Assembly: GCA_025355665.1 (NCBI GenBank)
Contig: JANXZF010000070.1
Location: 1,069-65,068, forward strand
DNA: 64,000 nt
From: Actinomycetes bacterium
Lineage (GTDB): Bacteria; Actinomycetota; Actinomycetes; Nanopelagicales; Nanopelagicaceae
Direction: 5' to 3'
Shown: positions 48,313 through 57,237 of the stretch, in pieces
How positions within the stretch are numbered: position 1 is the first letter of the stretch
Layout: the number at the start of each line of letters is the position of its first letter
Notes under the pieces: model-generated
Database searches by the model: none
What the model was told of the DNA's origin: nothing
What the model saw: the letters and a program-made list of their open reading frames with translations, nothing else
Position numbers and translations under genes: made by a program

Positions 48313-49449
48313 GTGGCTTCACCGCAGAATTATTTAGCTGTCATCAAAGTCGTTGGAATTGGTGGCGGTGGAGTCAACGCGATCAATCGAATGATAGACG
48401 TTGGACTCAAGGGAGTTGAGTTCATTGCAATCAATACAGATGCGCAACACCTTTTGATGAGCGATGCAGATGTGAAGTTAGATATCGGACGAAAGTCAAC
48501 ACGTGGACTTGGCGCAGGTGCTTCACCAGAACGTGGACGCGAAGCAGTTTTGGATCATGTTGATGACATTGAAGAAGCGTTGCGCGGGGCAGACATGGTC
48601 TTTGTAACTGCAGGTGAAGGAGGCGGAACCGGAACAGGCGGCGCACCAATCGTTGCAAAGATTGCACGTGAATTAGGCGCGCTTACAATCGGAGTGGTTA
48701 CTCGTCCATTTTCTTTTGAAGGCAAGGTACGTTCGCAACAGGCAGATAGCGGAATTGATGAACTGCGCGGCGAAGTCGATACTCTGATTGTTATTCCAAA
48801 TGATCGTCTACTCGCAATATCTGATCGTTCGATCACCGCCGTAGAAGCGTTTAAGAGTGCAGACCAAGTGCTACTTTCTGGAGTGCAGGGGATTACCGAG
48901 ATAATCACTCAACCAGGTTTGATAAACCTTGATTTCGCAGACGTTAAGAGCATCATGACGGACGCAGGCTCGGCGCTCATGGGAATTGGTTCTGCGCGTG
49001 GCGAAAATCGCGCCGTACGCGCTGCCGAGCTCGCGATTTCGAGCCCGTTGCTTGAAGCATCAATCGATGGCGCGATGGGAGTCCTACTTTCAGTAGCTGG
49101 CGGATCGGACCTGGGACTCTTTGAAATCAATGAAGCGTGTGAGCTTGTCCAATCCGCGGCCCACCCTGATGCAAAGATTATTTTCGGAACAACGATCGAT
49201 GATGCACTTGGTGATGAAGTTCGCATCACTGTAATCGCAGCGGGTTTTGATGGCGGAGCGCCAAAACGGGTTGCCGTGCCTGTTCTTGACGCAAGTTCGC
49301 TCAACGGGCACGCCGATCCGATCAGCGCTAATGACCCTTTGGCCGTGGCGCTCGATCTCGAGGACGAAGAAACTCCGACAAGACACCGGGTCACTTTTGA
49401 GCAATTGATCGCAGAGGATGAGATCGATGTTCCCGATTTCATGAAATAG
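48313..49449 (+). CDS. ftsZ: Cell-division GTPase FtsZ
   Basis: GTG start 6 nt after [25 protein letters not shown], tubulin signature [15 protein letters not shown], and a conserved C-terminal peptide [10 protein letters not shown]. Confidence 0.95.
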   Translation: MASPQNYLAVIKVVGIGGGGVNAINRMIDVGLKGVEFIAINTDAQHLLMSDADVKLDIGRKSTRGLGAGASPERGREAVLDHVDDIEEALRGADMVFVTAGEGGGTGTGGAPIVAKIARELGALTIGVVTRPFSFEGKVRSQQADSGIDELRGEVDTLIVIPNDRLLAISDRSITAVEAFKSADQVLLSGVQGITEIITQPGLINLDFADVKSIMTDAGSALMGIGSARGENRAVRAAELAISSPLLEASIDGAMGVLLSVAGGSDLGLFEINEACELVQSAAHPDAKIIFGTTIDDALGDEVRITVIAAGFDGGAPKRVAVPVLDASSLNGHADPISANDPLAVALDLEDEETPTRHRVTFEQLIAEDEIDVPDFMK

Positions 49450-49476
49450 CGCTTCGCCGGAACAATCGGTAATTAC

Positions 49477-50142
49477 TTGGTCGCCACTTTATTTACAAAT
49501 CGAATTGGGGGAGTTAGTCGCTCTCCTTACACGACAAACAATCTGGCGTTTCACGTCGGGGACGATGCCGAACTGGTTGCCAAAAATCGGCAACTAAATG
49601 AGGCAATTGTCGGACGTACACAATTCATGAACCAGACCCATAGCGACGTAATCGCATTGGTTGATGGAATATCACCGCAAGACCCAAATGCCGACGGCCT
49701 AGTCACGACCGAACTCGGGATCGCGCTGGGGGTTCTAGTAGCCGATTGCATCCCGCTTTTGCTTTGGAGTCGAGATGTTGTAGCCGCGGTCCATGTTGGC
49801 CGAAAAGGACTTTTGAATAGCGTCGCGTTGCACGCGCTTAATGTGATGACTTCCCTTGGATCTGAGAAAATAGAAGCAGTTCTGGGGCCTTCAATATGCG
49901 GAAAGTGTTACGAAGTCGGCGAAGACGTTTATGAGCAGGTGAGCGAGAGGTATCCGTTCGCAAGAGCGATCACGTCTAAAGGAACATTGAGTCTGGACCT
50001 TCCGGCTGCTCTTGCTCGCGAGTTGGTGGAGCACGGCGTCAAAATCACACGATCGAGTGTTTGCACGGTGGAGAATCCTAATTTCTTCTCTTATCGTCGC
50101 GACGGCGTTACCGGTCGACAGTCCGGGGTGATCTGCTTGTGA
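49477..50142 (+). CDS. pgeF: YfiH/PgeF-family (laccase-domain) peptidoglycan editing factor
   Basis: TTG start. NQTHSDV, VADCIPLLL, HVGRKGL, GPSICGKCYEVG, FFSYRRDG. These are the typical YfiH motifs and dcw-distal position. Confidence 0.8.
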   Translation: MVATLFTNRIGGVSRSPYTTNNLAFHVGDDAELVAKNRQLNEAIVGRTQFMNQTHSDVIALVDGISPQDPNADGLVTTELGIALGVLVADCIPLLLWSRDVVAAVHVGRKGLLNSVALHALNVMTSLGSEKIEAVLGPSICGKCYEVGEDVYEQVSERYPFARAITSKGTLSLDLPAALARELVEHGVKITRSSVCTVENPNFFSYRRDGVTGRQSGVICL

Positions 50143-50822
50143 CAAATAGATCTGAAGAAATTGTCGCCAACCTCGCATCCGTCCGAAGTCGAATTGAAAT
50201 AGCCGCCCGTGGAGTTCATCGGAGCGTGAATGACGTAACTCTTATCGCAGTTACCAAAACTTACCCATCGTCGGATGTGCAAATTCTTCATGATTTAGGA
50301 ATACGAAATTTTGCCGAAAACAGGGATAACGAAGGAAAAGAAAAATCCGAGAAAGTTCCTGCCATCTGGCATTTTCAGGGCCAGATTCAAGGTAACAAGA
50401 TTGTATCTATCGCCTCTTGGGCAAATGTTATTCAATCCCTCGATGATCCGCGGCATTTGAGACTCCTTAGTAAAGCAGCCGCTGAATCCAGGGTCATCTC
50501 AATCTTCATTCAAGTGTGCCTAGATCCCCAGCCTGGACGTGGGGGAGCATCACCCGATGGGCTATCTCCGCTTGCAGAATTAGTGCTACAGGAGCCCTCA
50601 CTTAGGCTAGAAGGGTTGATGGCTGTGGCTCCACTCGGTGAGAATCCTGAGAGTGCTTTTGCGCGACTAGCTCAAATTCATAGTGATTTTAGCCAACAAT
50701 TTCCCTCCGCCAAATCCCTCTCCGCCGGAATGAGCGGGGACTTTGAGGTCGCAATCAAGCATGGCGCGACACATGTTCGAGTGGGCAGTTCAATCCTCGG
50801 TTCCCGCACCCACCTTGGGTAA
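50139..50822 (+). CDS. yggS: YggS-family pyridoxal-phosphate homeostasis protein (YlmE)
   Basis: GTGA overlap with pgeF. VTLIAVTKT (PLP lysine), HFQGQIQGNK, SAGMSGDFEVAIKHGATHVRVGSSILG. Confidence 0.85.
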   Translation: MTNRSEEIVANLASVRSRIEIAARGVHRSVNDVTLIAVTKTYPSSDVQILHDLGIRNFAENRDNEGKEKSEKVPAIWHFQGQIQGNKIVSIASWANVIQSLDDPRHLRLLSKAAAESRVISIFIQVCLDPQPGRGGASPDGLSPLAELVLQEPSLRLEGLMAVAPLGENPESAFARLAQIHSDFSQQFPSAKSLSAGMSGDFEVAIKHGATHVRVGSSILGSRTHLG

Positions 50823-50832
50823 CCTTTTACCT

Positions 50833-51312
50833 ATGGCTAATGCATTGCGAAAAATGGCGAATTATCTCGGACTCATGGATGATCCTGAGTTGGGTTCTGA
50901 AGAAGTAACCGACTTGGTTTTTGCTCAACCAAAAACTCATGACCAGCGAAACAAATCCGTGGTACGCCCAGCGACTTTGGCGATTGCACCCGTAACTTCG
51001 AAGCCTGCTCCATTGCAATTGGATTTGCCGGTACTCGATCGAATCGTGACCCTTCATCCACGTTTCTACAACGAGGCCCGTACCATCGGCGAGCAATATC
51101 GTGAGGGAAATCCCGTAATCATTAATTTGTCCGACATGGATGAATCCGAGCGAAAGCGCCTCGTGGATTTTTCGAGTGGTTTGGTTTTCGGTCTCCACGG
51201 CACAATCGAACGAGTTACTTCAAAAGTTTTCTTGCTCTCACCCGCCAACGTGCGAGTAAGCAGTGAGGATAAGACTGCGGCTGCTGAGGCAAGCTTTTTT
51301 AATCAGAGCTAG
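50833..51312 (+). CDS. sepF: Cell-division protein SepF
   Basis: The internal ATG at 50833 gives the typical N-terminus MANALRKMANYLGL. The C-terminal SepF domain has YNEARTIGEQYREGNPVIINL ... RLVDFSSGLVFGLHGTIERVTSKVFLLSP. Confidence 0.8.
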   Translation: MANALRKMANYLGLMDDPELGSEEVTDLVFAQPKTHDQRNKSVVRPATLAIAPVTSKPAPLQLDLPVLDRIVTLHPRFYNEARTIGEQYREGNPVIINLSDMDESERKRLVDFSSGLVFGLHGTIERVTSKVFLLSPANVRVSSEDKTAAAEASFFNQS

Positions 51313-51314
51313 TT

Positions 51315-51599
51315 ATGCTCCAAATTGGCTCATATCTAGTTCTTCTCCTTCAATTATTCTTATTAGCTCTATTGGGTCGTCTCGTGCTGGATTACGTTCG
51401 CCTCTTTTCGAGATCATGGCGACCGCGAGGAATCATGCTCTTTATAGCTGAGACTATTTACGCAATAACGGATAAGCCAACCGCTTTCGTGCGCCGGTTT
51501 ATCCCGCCTCTTCGCATTGGTGCGGTTAGTTTGGACCTTTCATTTCTGGTGTTGTTCTTCGCAATTCAATTGCTCATACCACTGGTGCGAAACATCTAG
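51315..51599 (+). CDS. YggT-family small membrane protein (YlmG)
   Basis: 94 aa with 2-3 TM helices, immediately after sepF as in other Gram-positives. TDKPTAFVRRFIPPLRIGAVSLDLSFLVL resembles the YggT core. Confidence 0.7.
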   Translation: MLQIGSYLVLLLQLFLLALLGRLVLDYVRLFSRSWRPRGIMLFIAETIYAITDKPTAFVRRFIPPLRIGAVSLDLSFLVLFFAIQLLIPLVRNI

Positions 51600-51604
51600 T
51601 TTTA

Positions 51605-54600
51605 TTATGCCCTGCGCAACTTCGCGCTTAGGCCCATTTCATTACTACCCAATTCAATCCCGGGACTATGTGACATTTGCAGCGCCAAGACTTCGTTTTG
51701 AATATGTTCCATAGCGTTAACAACTGCAGGCACGATGTCGGCGTTCGCATTGAACTCGACATTGATTCGATCGCTAATGTCGAATCCTTCGGTTTTACGC
51801 ATTTCTTGAAGAAAGCGGATTACCTCTCTTACTTGACCGGCAGCTACGAGTTCTGGCGTGAGCGTCAGATCGAGTGCAACGCTTTCGCCAGCATGACTTG
51901 CCACTGTCCACCCACTCTTTGGTACTTCAGTGATTACAAGATCTTCGGCCAACACCTGCCATTCGCCCTTTTCGCTCGTGAGCACGTGAGACCCGTTTGC
52001 CCTAATTTCTCGAACGAAGTCTGCAGCAGGTAAAGCGGCAATTGCAGTCGCGATTTCCTGGACATTCGAACCGTACTTGCCGCCTAATGACCTGAAATTG
52101 GCCTTAACCGTGACGTCGACGAGGTCGCCATGGGCCGCCGCAATATCTTCCAATTGCAACACGTTGAGTTCTTCCGCGATCTGCTCCTTCATTTCTGAGG
52201 GGAGCTCATTCCAGCCAGGCGCGGCGATTAATGCCCGCCCAAGTGGCTGTCGGATCTTGACCGAAGATTCTGCCCGCGCTGCGCGACCGAGCTCGACTAT
52301 CCGGCGGGTTTGTGCGACATGGTCAGAGAGTTGAGAATCAATGTATCTGACATGTGCTTTCGGAAAATCTGCCAAATGCACGGACTCTGGTAGTCCTGAT
52401 TCAACGGGGCGGAGAAGTTCTTGCCAAACATTTTCAGTCACAAAGGGAATTATCGGCGCAAGAAGAAGGGTGAGGGTGTGAAGGCATTCATGGAGAGTTG
52501 ACAAAGCGCTGCTGTCACCTTCCCAGAAACGTCGTCGTGACCGACGCACGTACCAATTTGATAAATCATCGATGAAAGTCGCCAGAGCCTTACCTGCTCG
52601 TTGAGAGTCGAAGGTGGCTAATGCATCATCAACCTCGATAATGAGGGCCTGCAGATCTGAATAAATCCAACGATCCATTGCCGGACGATCTTCCATCTTT
52701 GGCGGATGCGTTGGATTGAAATTCGAGGCCTTCGCATAGAGAGCTAAGAAAGAAACTGTGTTCCAGTATGTAAGGAGTGTCTTTCTAACGACGTCGCTGA
52801 TGGCATCGTGCCCGACTCTGCGGGCCGTCCAAGGCGAACCTGCAGCGAACATGTACCAACGAACAGCATCGGCGCCGTGTTGATCCATCAGCGGCATCGG
52901 CTCCAATATGTTGCCGATGTGCTTGCTCATTTTGCGGCCGTCTTTGTCAACGATGTGGCCCAAACACAGCACCGTCTTGTATGAACTCTCATCAAATACC
53001 AAAGTTCCAATCGCCATCAGCGTGTAAAACCAGCCACGAGTTTGATCGATCGCTTCGCAAATGAAATCAGCGGGGTAGGCCGCCTCGAATTTTTCCTTTG
53101 ACCCTTCTTTGTGCGGGTAGCCCCATTGAGCAAAGGGCATTGAGCCGGAGTCATACCAACCGTCGATGACTTCCTTGACGCGAACCATCTCTGAGTCACA
53201 CTCAGAGCAAGGCCATGTGATGTCATCAACGAAGGGACGGTGTGGGTCCATAGCACTTAAATCCGCCCCAAAGAGAGCGCTCAATTCCTTGAGCGATCCT
53301 ACGCAGACCATATGACCGCCTTCGCAGCGCCAGATGGGCAGAGGTGTTCCCCAATAACGGTTTCTCGATAGGGCCCAGTCGATGTTGTTTGTTAGCCAAT
53401 CGCCGTATCGACCGGTCTTTATAGTTTCTGGATGCCAGTCGGTTTTGGCGTTTTCTCGCAGCAATTCTGACTTGATCGATGTCGTGCGGATGTACCACGA
53501 GAGTTGGGCGTAGTAGATCAATGCTGTGTGGCATCGCCAGCAGTGTGGATACTGGTGCTCATACGGCTCGTGTTTATAAAGCGCACCGCTCTTCTTCAGC
53601 TCCTTTACTAAGAGCTTGTCTGCATCTTTGAAGAACATGCCACCGATTAGTTCGACTTCTGGAAAGAATGTTCCATCGCTGGCAATTGGGTTGACGACTG
53701 GCAAGCCATAATTTCGGCAGACTTGGAGATCGTCGGCGCCGAAGGCGGGGGACTGATGGACTAAACCCGTTCCATCCTCGGTCGTTACATAATCGGCAAG
53801 CACAACGAAATGGGAATCTGGAATTTCCACGTAATCAAAGGGGCGTCGATAAGTTGTGCGTTCAAGGTCCTTTCCATGAATATGTAGAAGCACTTTCACG
53901 TCGCCTTTTAGAAAACCAACTAGTTTCTCTGCAATGACAAGGACTTCTGTTTTGCCATCTATGGATTCCTCTACTGCTAGGTAGGTGACATCGGGATGCA
54001 CGGCGATCGCAGTGTTAGAAACAAGTGTCCACGGCGTAGTCGTCCAGACTAACAATGAGGCGTTCATCTTTTCCAAAGGACCCGAAGTGATGGGGAAGCG
54101 AACATAGACTGAAGGGTCGGTTACTGTTTCATAACCGAGTGCAAGCTCATGGTCGGATAACCCGGTGCCACAACGGGGGCAGTACGGGGCAACACGATGG
54201 TCTTGGACGAGAAGCCCTTTATTCCACACTTCTTTGAGGCTCCACCAAACGCTCTCGACATACTCGGGCGACATTGTCCAATAGGCCTGGTCAAAATCAA
54301 CCCAGAACCCCATTCGATTGGTCATGTTCGTGAATTCGCCAACGTGGCGTTGAACCGATTCGCGACACTTGTCATTGAATTCGGCGATGCCATATTTTTC
54401 AATGTCGCCCTTGCCGGTAAATCCGAGCTCTTTTTCAATGGCAATTTCTACAGGCAGGCCATGGCAGTCCCAGCCGGCTTTGCGAAAGACGTACTTGCCC
54501 TTCATGGTTTGGTAGCGCGGAAAGACATCCTTGAAGACTCTTGCTTCGATGTGGTGTGTTCCCGGCGCGCCGTTTGCCGTTGGAGGGCCCTCATAGAAAG

Positions 54601-54730
54601 TCCATGCTTCATTACCTTTTCGCGCTTCAAGGCTTTTGTGAAATATGGAGTTGTTTTTCCAGAAATCGAGGATGGAGTGTTCCATTTTGGGCAGATCTAT
54701 GTGTGCCGATAGTTCTCGGTACTCACTCAT
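51605..54730 (-). CDS. ileS: Isoleucine--tRNA ligase
   Basis: 1041 aa. Class I signature PPTANGAPGTHH (HIGH variant) and RKMSKHIGN (KMSKS). CP1 editing domain (TTTPWTL). T-box leader upstream. Confidence 0.95.
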   Translation of the reverse strand: MSEYRELSAHIDLPKMEHSILDFWKNNSIFHKSLEARKGNEAWTFYEGPPTANGAPGTHHIEARVFKDVFPRYQTMKGKYVFRKAGWDCHGLPVEIAIEKELGFTGKGDIEKYGIAEFNDKCRESVQRHVGEFTNMTNRMGFWVDFDQAYWTMSPEYVESVWWSLKEVWNKGLLVQDHRVAPYCPRCGTGLSDHELALGYETVTDPSVYVRFPITSGPLEKMNASLLVWTTTPWTLVSNTAIAVHPDVTYLAVEESIDGKTEVLVIAEKLVGFLKGDVKVLLHIHGKDLERTTYRRPFDYVEIPDSHFVVLADYVTTEDGTGLVHQSPAFGADDLQVCRNYGLPVVNPIASDGTFFPEVELIGGMFFKDADKLLVKELKKSGALYKHEPYEHQYPHCWRCHTALIYYAQLSWYIRTTSIKSELLRENAKTDWHPETIKTGRYGDWLTNNIDWALSRNRYWGTPLPIWRCEGGHMVCVGSLKELSALFGADLSAMDPHRPFVDDITWPCSECDSEMVRVKEVIDGWYDSGSMPFAQWGYPHKEGSKEKFEAAYPADFICEAIDQTRGWFYTLMAIGTLVFDESSYKTVLCLGHIVDKDGRKMSKHIGNILEPMPLMDQHGADAVRWYMFAAGSPWTARRVGHDAISDVVRKTLLTYWNTVSFLALYAKASNFNPTHPPKMEDRPAMDRWIYSDLQALIIEVDDALATFDSQRAGKALATFIDDLSNWYVRRSRRRFWEGDSSALSTLHECLHTLTLLLAPIIPFVTENVWQELLRPVESGLPESVHLADFPKAHVRYIDSQLSDHVAQTRRIVELGRAARAESSVKIRQPLGRALIAAPGWNELPSEMKEQIAEELNVLQLEDIAAAHGDLVDVTVKANFRSLGGKYGSNVQEIATAIAALPAADFVREIRANGSHVLTSEKGEWQVLAEDLVITEVPKSGWTVASHAGESVALDLTLTPELVAAGQVREVIRFLQEMRKTEGFDISDRINVEFNANADIVPAVVNAMEHIQNEVLALQMSHSPGIELGSNEMGLSAKLRRA

Positions 54731-54734
54731 TCAT

Positions 54735-54950
54735 CTCTCCGCTTTCCTTCACCACCTATGGCGACGTCAATTGGAGGGACGCGCTCGAACTACGAGCTCG
54801 CGGTACCACCCGCCTTGCGCGCTCCCTAAATACAGAGCGCACCTCTTATCTATCGTTCATGACGCGCATCGGTTCTACCTCGCAGTTTTTGCCCTGCGTC
54901 TCTTCCGACAGGCTCTGAGGTGATTGCCTCGTCGCTGCCCTTTCGCGAAG
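54735..54950 (-). promoter_or_regulatory. T-box leader RNA (Ile specifier) controlling ileS
   Basis: The minus-strand RNA contains the T-box core GGGUGGUACCGCG (plus-strand coordinates 54799-54811) with a UGGU acceptor-pairing bulge. A candidate Stem I is CGAC(G)AGG-[CAAUCACCUCAGAG]-CCUGUCG, exposing AUC followed by A (54922-54924). A competing helix is GGGAGCGCGC...GCGCGUCCC. Actinobacterial ileS genes are known to carry T-boxes. Confidence 0.75.
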
Positions 54951-55014
54951 GTTTTAGTGTATTACATTGCGCGTAGAGTGGCGTTTTGTCCGAAATCAGC
55001 ATAAGGTGCGCGCC

Positions 55015-55746
55015 GTGGCATTGAAGAAAAAGACTCCCGAAAGCAAACCAGCAGCCAAGAAGGCTCCTGTCAAAAAAGCACCAGCAAAAAAGGCTCCGGC
55101 CAAAAAAGCACCTGCGAAGAAGGCCGTTGCCAAGAAAGCCGCTCCAGCCAAGACCGCACCATCCAAGGCCATCAAGAAGGCTCCCGGGCGACCATTCCCT
55201 GCAAAGAGCGTTGCAGCTCCTGCCACTGTGGTTGCACCCATTGCTGCTGCTCCTGTTGTGGTTGAAGAACGACGTTTGGTCATGCCACCACCACCGCGAC
55301 CAACAAAGAATGGTCGAAAGAGCGCACCATTGAAGCCCCTTAAGGCGGCTCCGACACCGGTTGTAGTTGCAGACAACGAGGCTCCGTGGACTGCTGCCGA
55401 ACTCAAGGTCGTTAGGGGCGCCCTTGCCAAGGAACTTGTGCGTCTCTCTTCAGAATTGGCCGCGGTCGAAGTTGAGATGGACGCCCTCATTCGTGAATCA
55501 GGTGAAGGTGCAGGCGATGATCAAGCTGACGCCGGCACGAAAACATTTGAGCGCGAACATGAAATGTCTCTTGTAATCAATGCACGCGACATGGTGTTGC
55601 AGACTGAACGAGCCATTGAGCGTATCGACGACAAGACCTACGGTCGTTGCGAAGAGTGCGGCAATTCAATTGGTAAGGCTCGACTACAAGTTTTCCCACG
55701 TGCCACTTTGTGCATGCTCTGCAAACAGAAGGAAGAACGGCGCTGA
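55015..55746 (+). CDS. DksA/TraR C4 zinc-finger protein with histone-H1-like Lys/Ala/Pro-rich N-terminal tail (DdbA-like)
   Basis: C-terminus CEECGNSIGKARLQVFPRATLCMLC (CxxC-N17-CxxC), preceded by a coiled coil. The N-terminus contains KKAPVKKAPAKKAPAKKAPAKKAVAKKAAPAK. I prefer the GTG start at 55015, after AAGGTG. The track start is TTG 54967. Confidence 0.75.
   Translation: MALKKKTPESKPAAKKAPVKKAPAKKAPAKKAPAKKAVAKKAAPAKTAPSKAIKKAPGRPFPAKSVAAPATVVAPIAAAPVVVEERRLVMPPPPRPTKNGRKSAPLKPLKAAPTPVVVADNEAPWTAAELKVVRGALAKELVRLSSELAAVEVEMDALIRESGEGAGDDQADAGTKTFEREHEMSLVINARDMVLQTERAIERIDDKTYGRCEECGNSIGKARLQVFPRATLCMLCKQKEERR
55057..55146 (+). repeat. In-frame tandem 15-bp repeats (AAR AAR GCN CCN GCN, about 6 units) encoding KKAPA units
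   Basis: Read directly: aagaaggctcctgtc / aaaaaagcaccagca / aaaaaggctccggcc / aaaaaagcacctgcg / aagaaggccgttgcc / aagaaagccgctcca. Confidence 0.85.
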
Positions 55747-56291
55747 CGTTGCGCCGAAAGTATCCAATATGGGGAAGCGTCCTGCTAGTCGCGGCGCTAA
55801 TTTGGGCGTTTGACTTTGCAACGAAGAATTGGGCCCTCAATTATCTTGATGGTCAGAGCCCACGAAAAATCTTCGGTAATTTTCTTCAACTAACTTTTGC
55901 AAAAAATTCTGGAGCGGCTTTCAGTTTTGCCACTCGTGGAACTATTCTTCTGACGATCTTCTCTATCGTAGTCATTTTGGCGATCGGGTACTGGAGTCCG
56001 CGTGTAACATCAAAGCGATGGGGATTGGTTCTGGGACTAGTCCTAGGGGGCACGCTTGGAAATTTGAGCGACCGTATATTTCGTGCGAATGATGGAACGG
56101 GCGTTTTCAAGGGTGAAGTGATCGATTGGATCCATCTGCCGCACTGGCCTGTATTCAATCTTGCCGATTCTTCGATAGTTGTAGCTGCTGTAGTTGCGAG
56201 TTATCTTTCGATACGGAATGTCTCGCCCATCACGAAAAAGCATTCGGATGATGAAAAGCACGACCAAAAGGGAGACCAAAATGGCTCGTGA
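55710..56291 (+). CDS. lspA: Lipoprotein signal peptidase II
   Basis: FDFATKNWAL, GAAFSF, GNLSDRIF, VIDWIHL..WPVFNLADSSI. The start is uncertain. TTG 55749, just after the upstream stop, is an alternative to ATG 55710, which overlaps the upstream gene by 37 nt. Confidence 0.8.
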   Translation: MHALQTEGRTALTLRRKYPIWGSVLLVAALIWAFDFATKNWALNYLDGQSPRKIFGNFLQLTFAKNSGAAFSFATRGTILLTIFSIVVILAIGYWSPRVTSKRWGLVLGLVLGGTLGNLSDRIFRANDGTGVFKGEVIDWIHLPHWPVFNLADSSIVVAAVVASYLSIRNVSPITKKHSDDEKHDQKGDQNGS

Positions 56292-57219
56292 GTTCCGAAC
56301 TCTTGAAATTCCTGAGGGGATAGATGGCGAACGTGTCGATAGCGCACTGACACGAATGCTCGGGCTTTCCCGGACCACGATTACTCGCTTGATCGAGGCG
56401 GGAGAGATCACCTCGAATGGCCATGCTGTGGCTAAGTCTGAGCGAGTTATAGCGGGCCAGGTTGTCGAGATTCTTTTGCCAGATATGAGTATTGGCGAGC
56501 CGATTCCGTTGACTCCGATCGAGGGTCTTGAAGTCGTGTATGACGACGATTCCATAGTCGTGATCAATAAACCTGTCGGTTGTGCTGCCCATCCAAGTCC
56601 TGGTTGGACAGGGCCGACCGTTGTTGGTGCATTAACCGCGGCAGGCTATTCCGTGGCTACAAGTGGGGCGGCCGAGCGTGCAGGCATTGTTCACCGCCTC
56701 GATGTTGGAACCAGTGGCTTAATGGTTGTCGCAAAGACCGACCAGGCATATTCATTTATGAAGCATGCGTTTAAGAATCGAGAAGTTGAGAAGATATATA
56801 ACGCTCTTGTCCAAGGACACATGGATCCATCGACAGGAACTATCGACGCTCCCATCGATCGACATCCAAAAGAGGACTACCGGTTCGCTGTTGTCGCCGA
56901 CGGCAAATCAAGCATCACGCACTACGAAGTTATCGAATTTTACCGAGCGGTCTCATTAGTTAAGGTTGAACTCGAGACTGGCCGAACTCATCAAATCAGA
57001 GTTCATTTCTCAGCTCTGCGTCACCCCCTAGTGGGAGATCTCACCTACGGCGCTGATCCGACTTTAGCGGCACGTCTGGAGATGTCTCGACCCTGGCTAC
57101 ATGCTTTGGAACTGCGCTTTCGACATCCGCTTACTAACGCCCAGATGGATTTCAAGGCTCCCTATCCGGCGGATTTAGTTCGAGCCCTCGCGTTGCTTGA
57201 CTCGTCCGTGCTCCCTTAA
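56281..57219 (+). CDS. rluD: RluA-family 23S rRNA pseudouridine synthase (RluD-like)
   Basis: ATG 56281 gives MAREFRTLEIPEGIDGERVDSAL (S4 domain). The catalytic motif is HRLDVGTSGLMVVAK, followed by GRTHQIRVH. The track start at 56194 lies inside lspA. Confidence 0.85.
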   Translation: MAREFRTLEIPEGIDGERVDSALTRMLGLSRTTITRLIEAGEITSNGHAVAKSERVIAGQVVEILLPDMSIGEPIPLTPIEGLEVVYDDDSIVVINKPVGCAAHPSPGWTGPTVVGALTAAGYSVATSGAAERAGIVHRLDVGTSGLMVVAKTDQAYSFMKHAFKNREVEKIYNALVQGHMDPSTGTIDAPIDRHPKEDYRFAVVADGKSSITHYEVIEFYRAVSLVKVELETGRTHQIRVHFSALRHPLVGDLTYGADPTLAARLEMSRPWLHALELRFRHPLTNAQMDFKAPYPADLVRALALLDSSVLP

Positions 57220-57237
57220 GGACTAGTCTCACCAATC

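Noticed and set aside
48909-49442. 177-aa antisense ORF (and the 117-aa ORF at 48555-48908) opposite ftsZ
   Set aside because: These are Ser/Ala/Pro-rich mirror-frame products of a highly conserved gene. Their codon pattern follows ftsZ.
54784-54800. TCGAAC half-sites elsewhere considered as extra SOS boxes (for example TCGAAC-TACG-AGCTCG here, 46630-46645, 61086-61102)
   Set aside because: The second half-site does not match GTTCGA in any of them. The one at 54784-54800 is part of the T-box helix.
55057-55146. Tandem 15-bp repeats considered as a CRISPR array or non-coding VNTR
   Set aside because: The units are contiguous with no spacers, are in frame and encode the KKAPA tail. This is not a CRISPR architecture.
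54996-55490. 164-aa antisense ORF opposite the KKAPA-repeat gene
   Set aside because: Its Ala/Gly/Phe-rich sequence (FFAGAFLAGAFFAGAF) is the reverse-complement reading of the Lys/Ala/Pro repeat. The sense frame ends in a well-formed DksA/TraR zinc finger.
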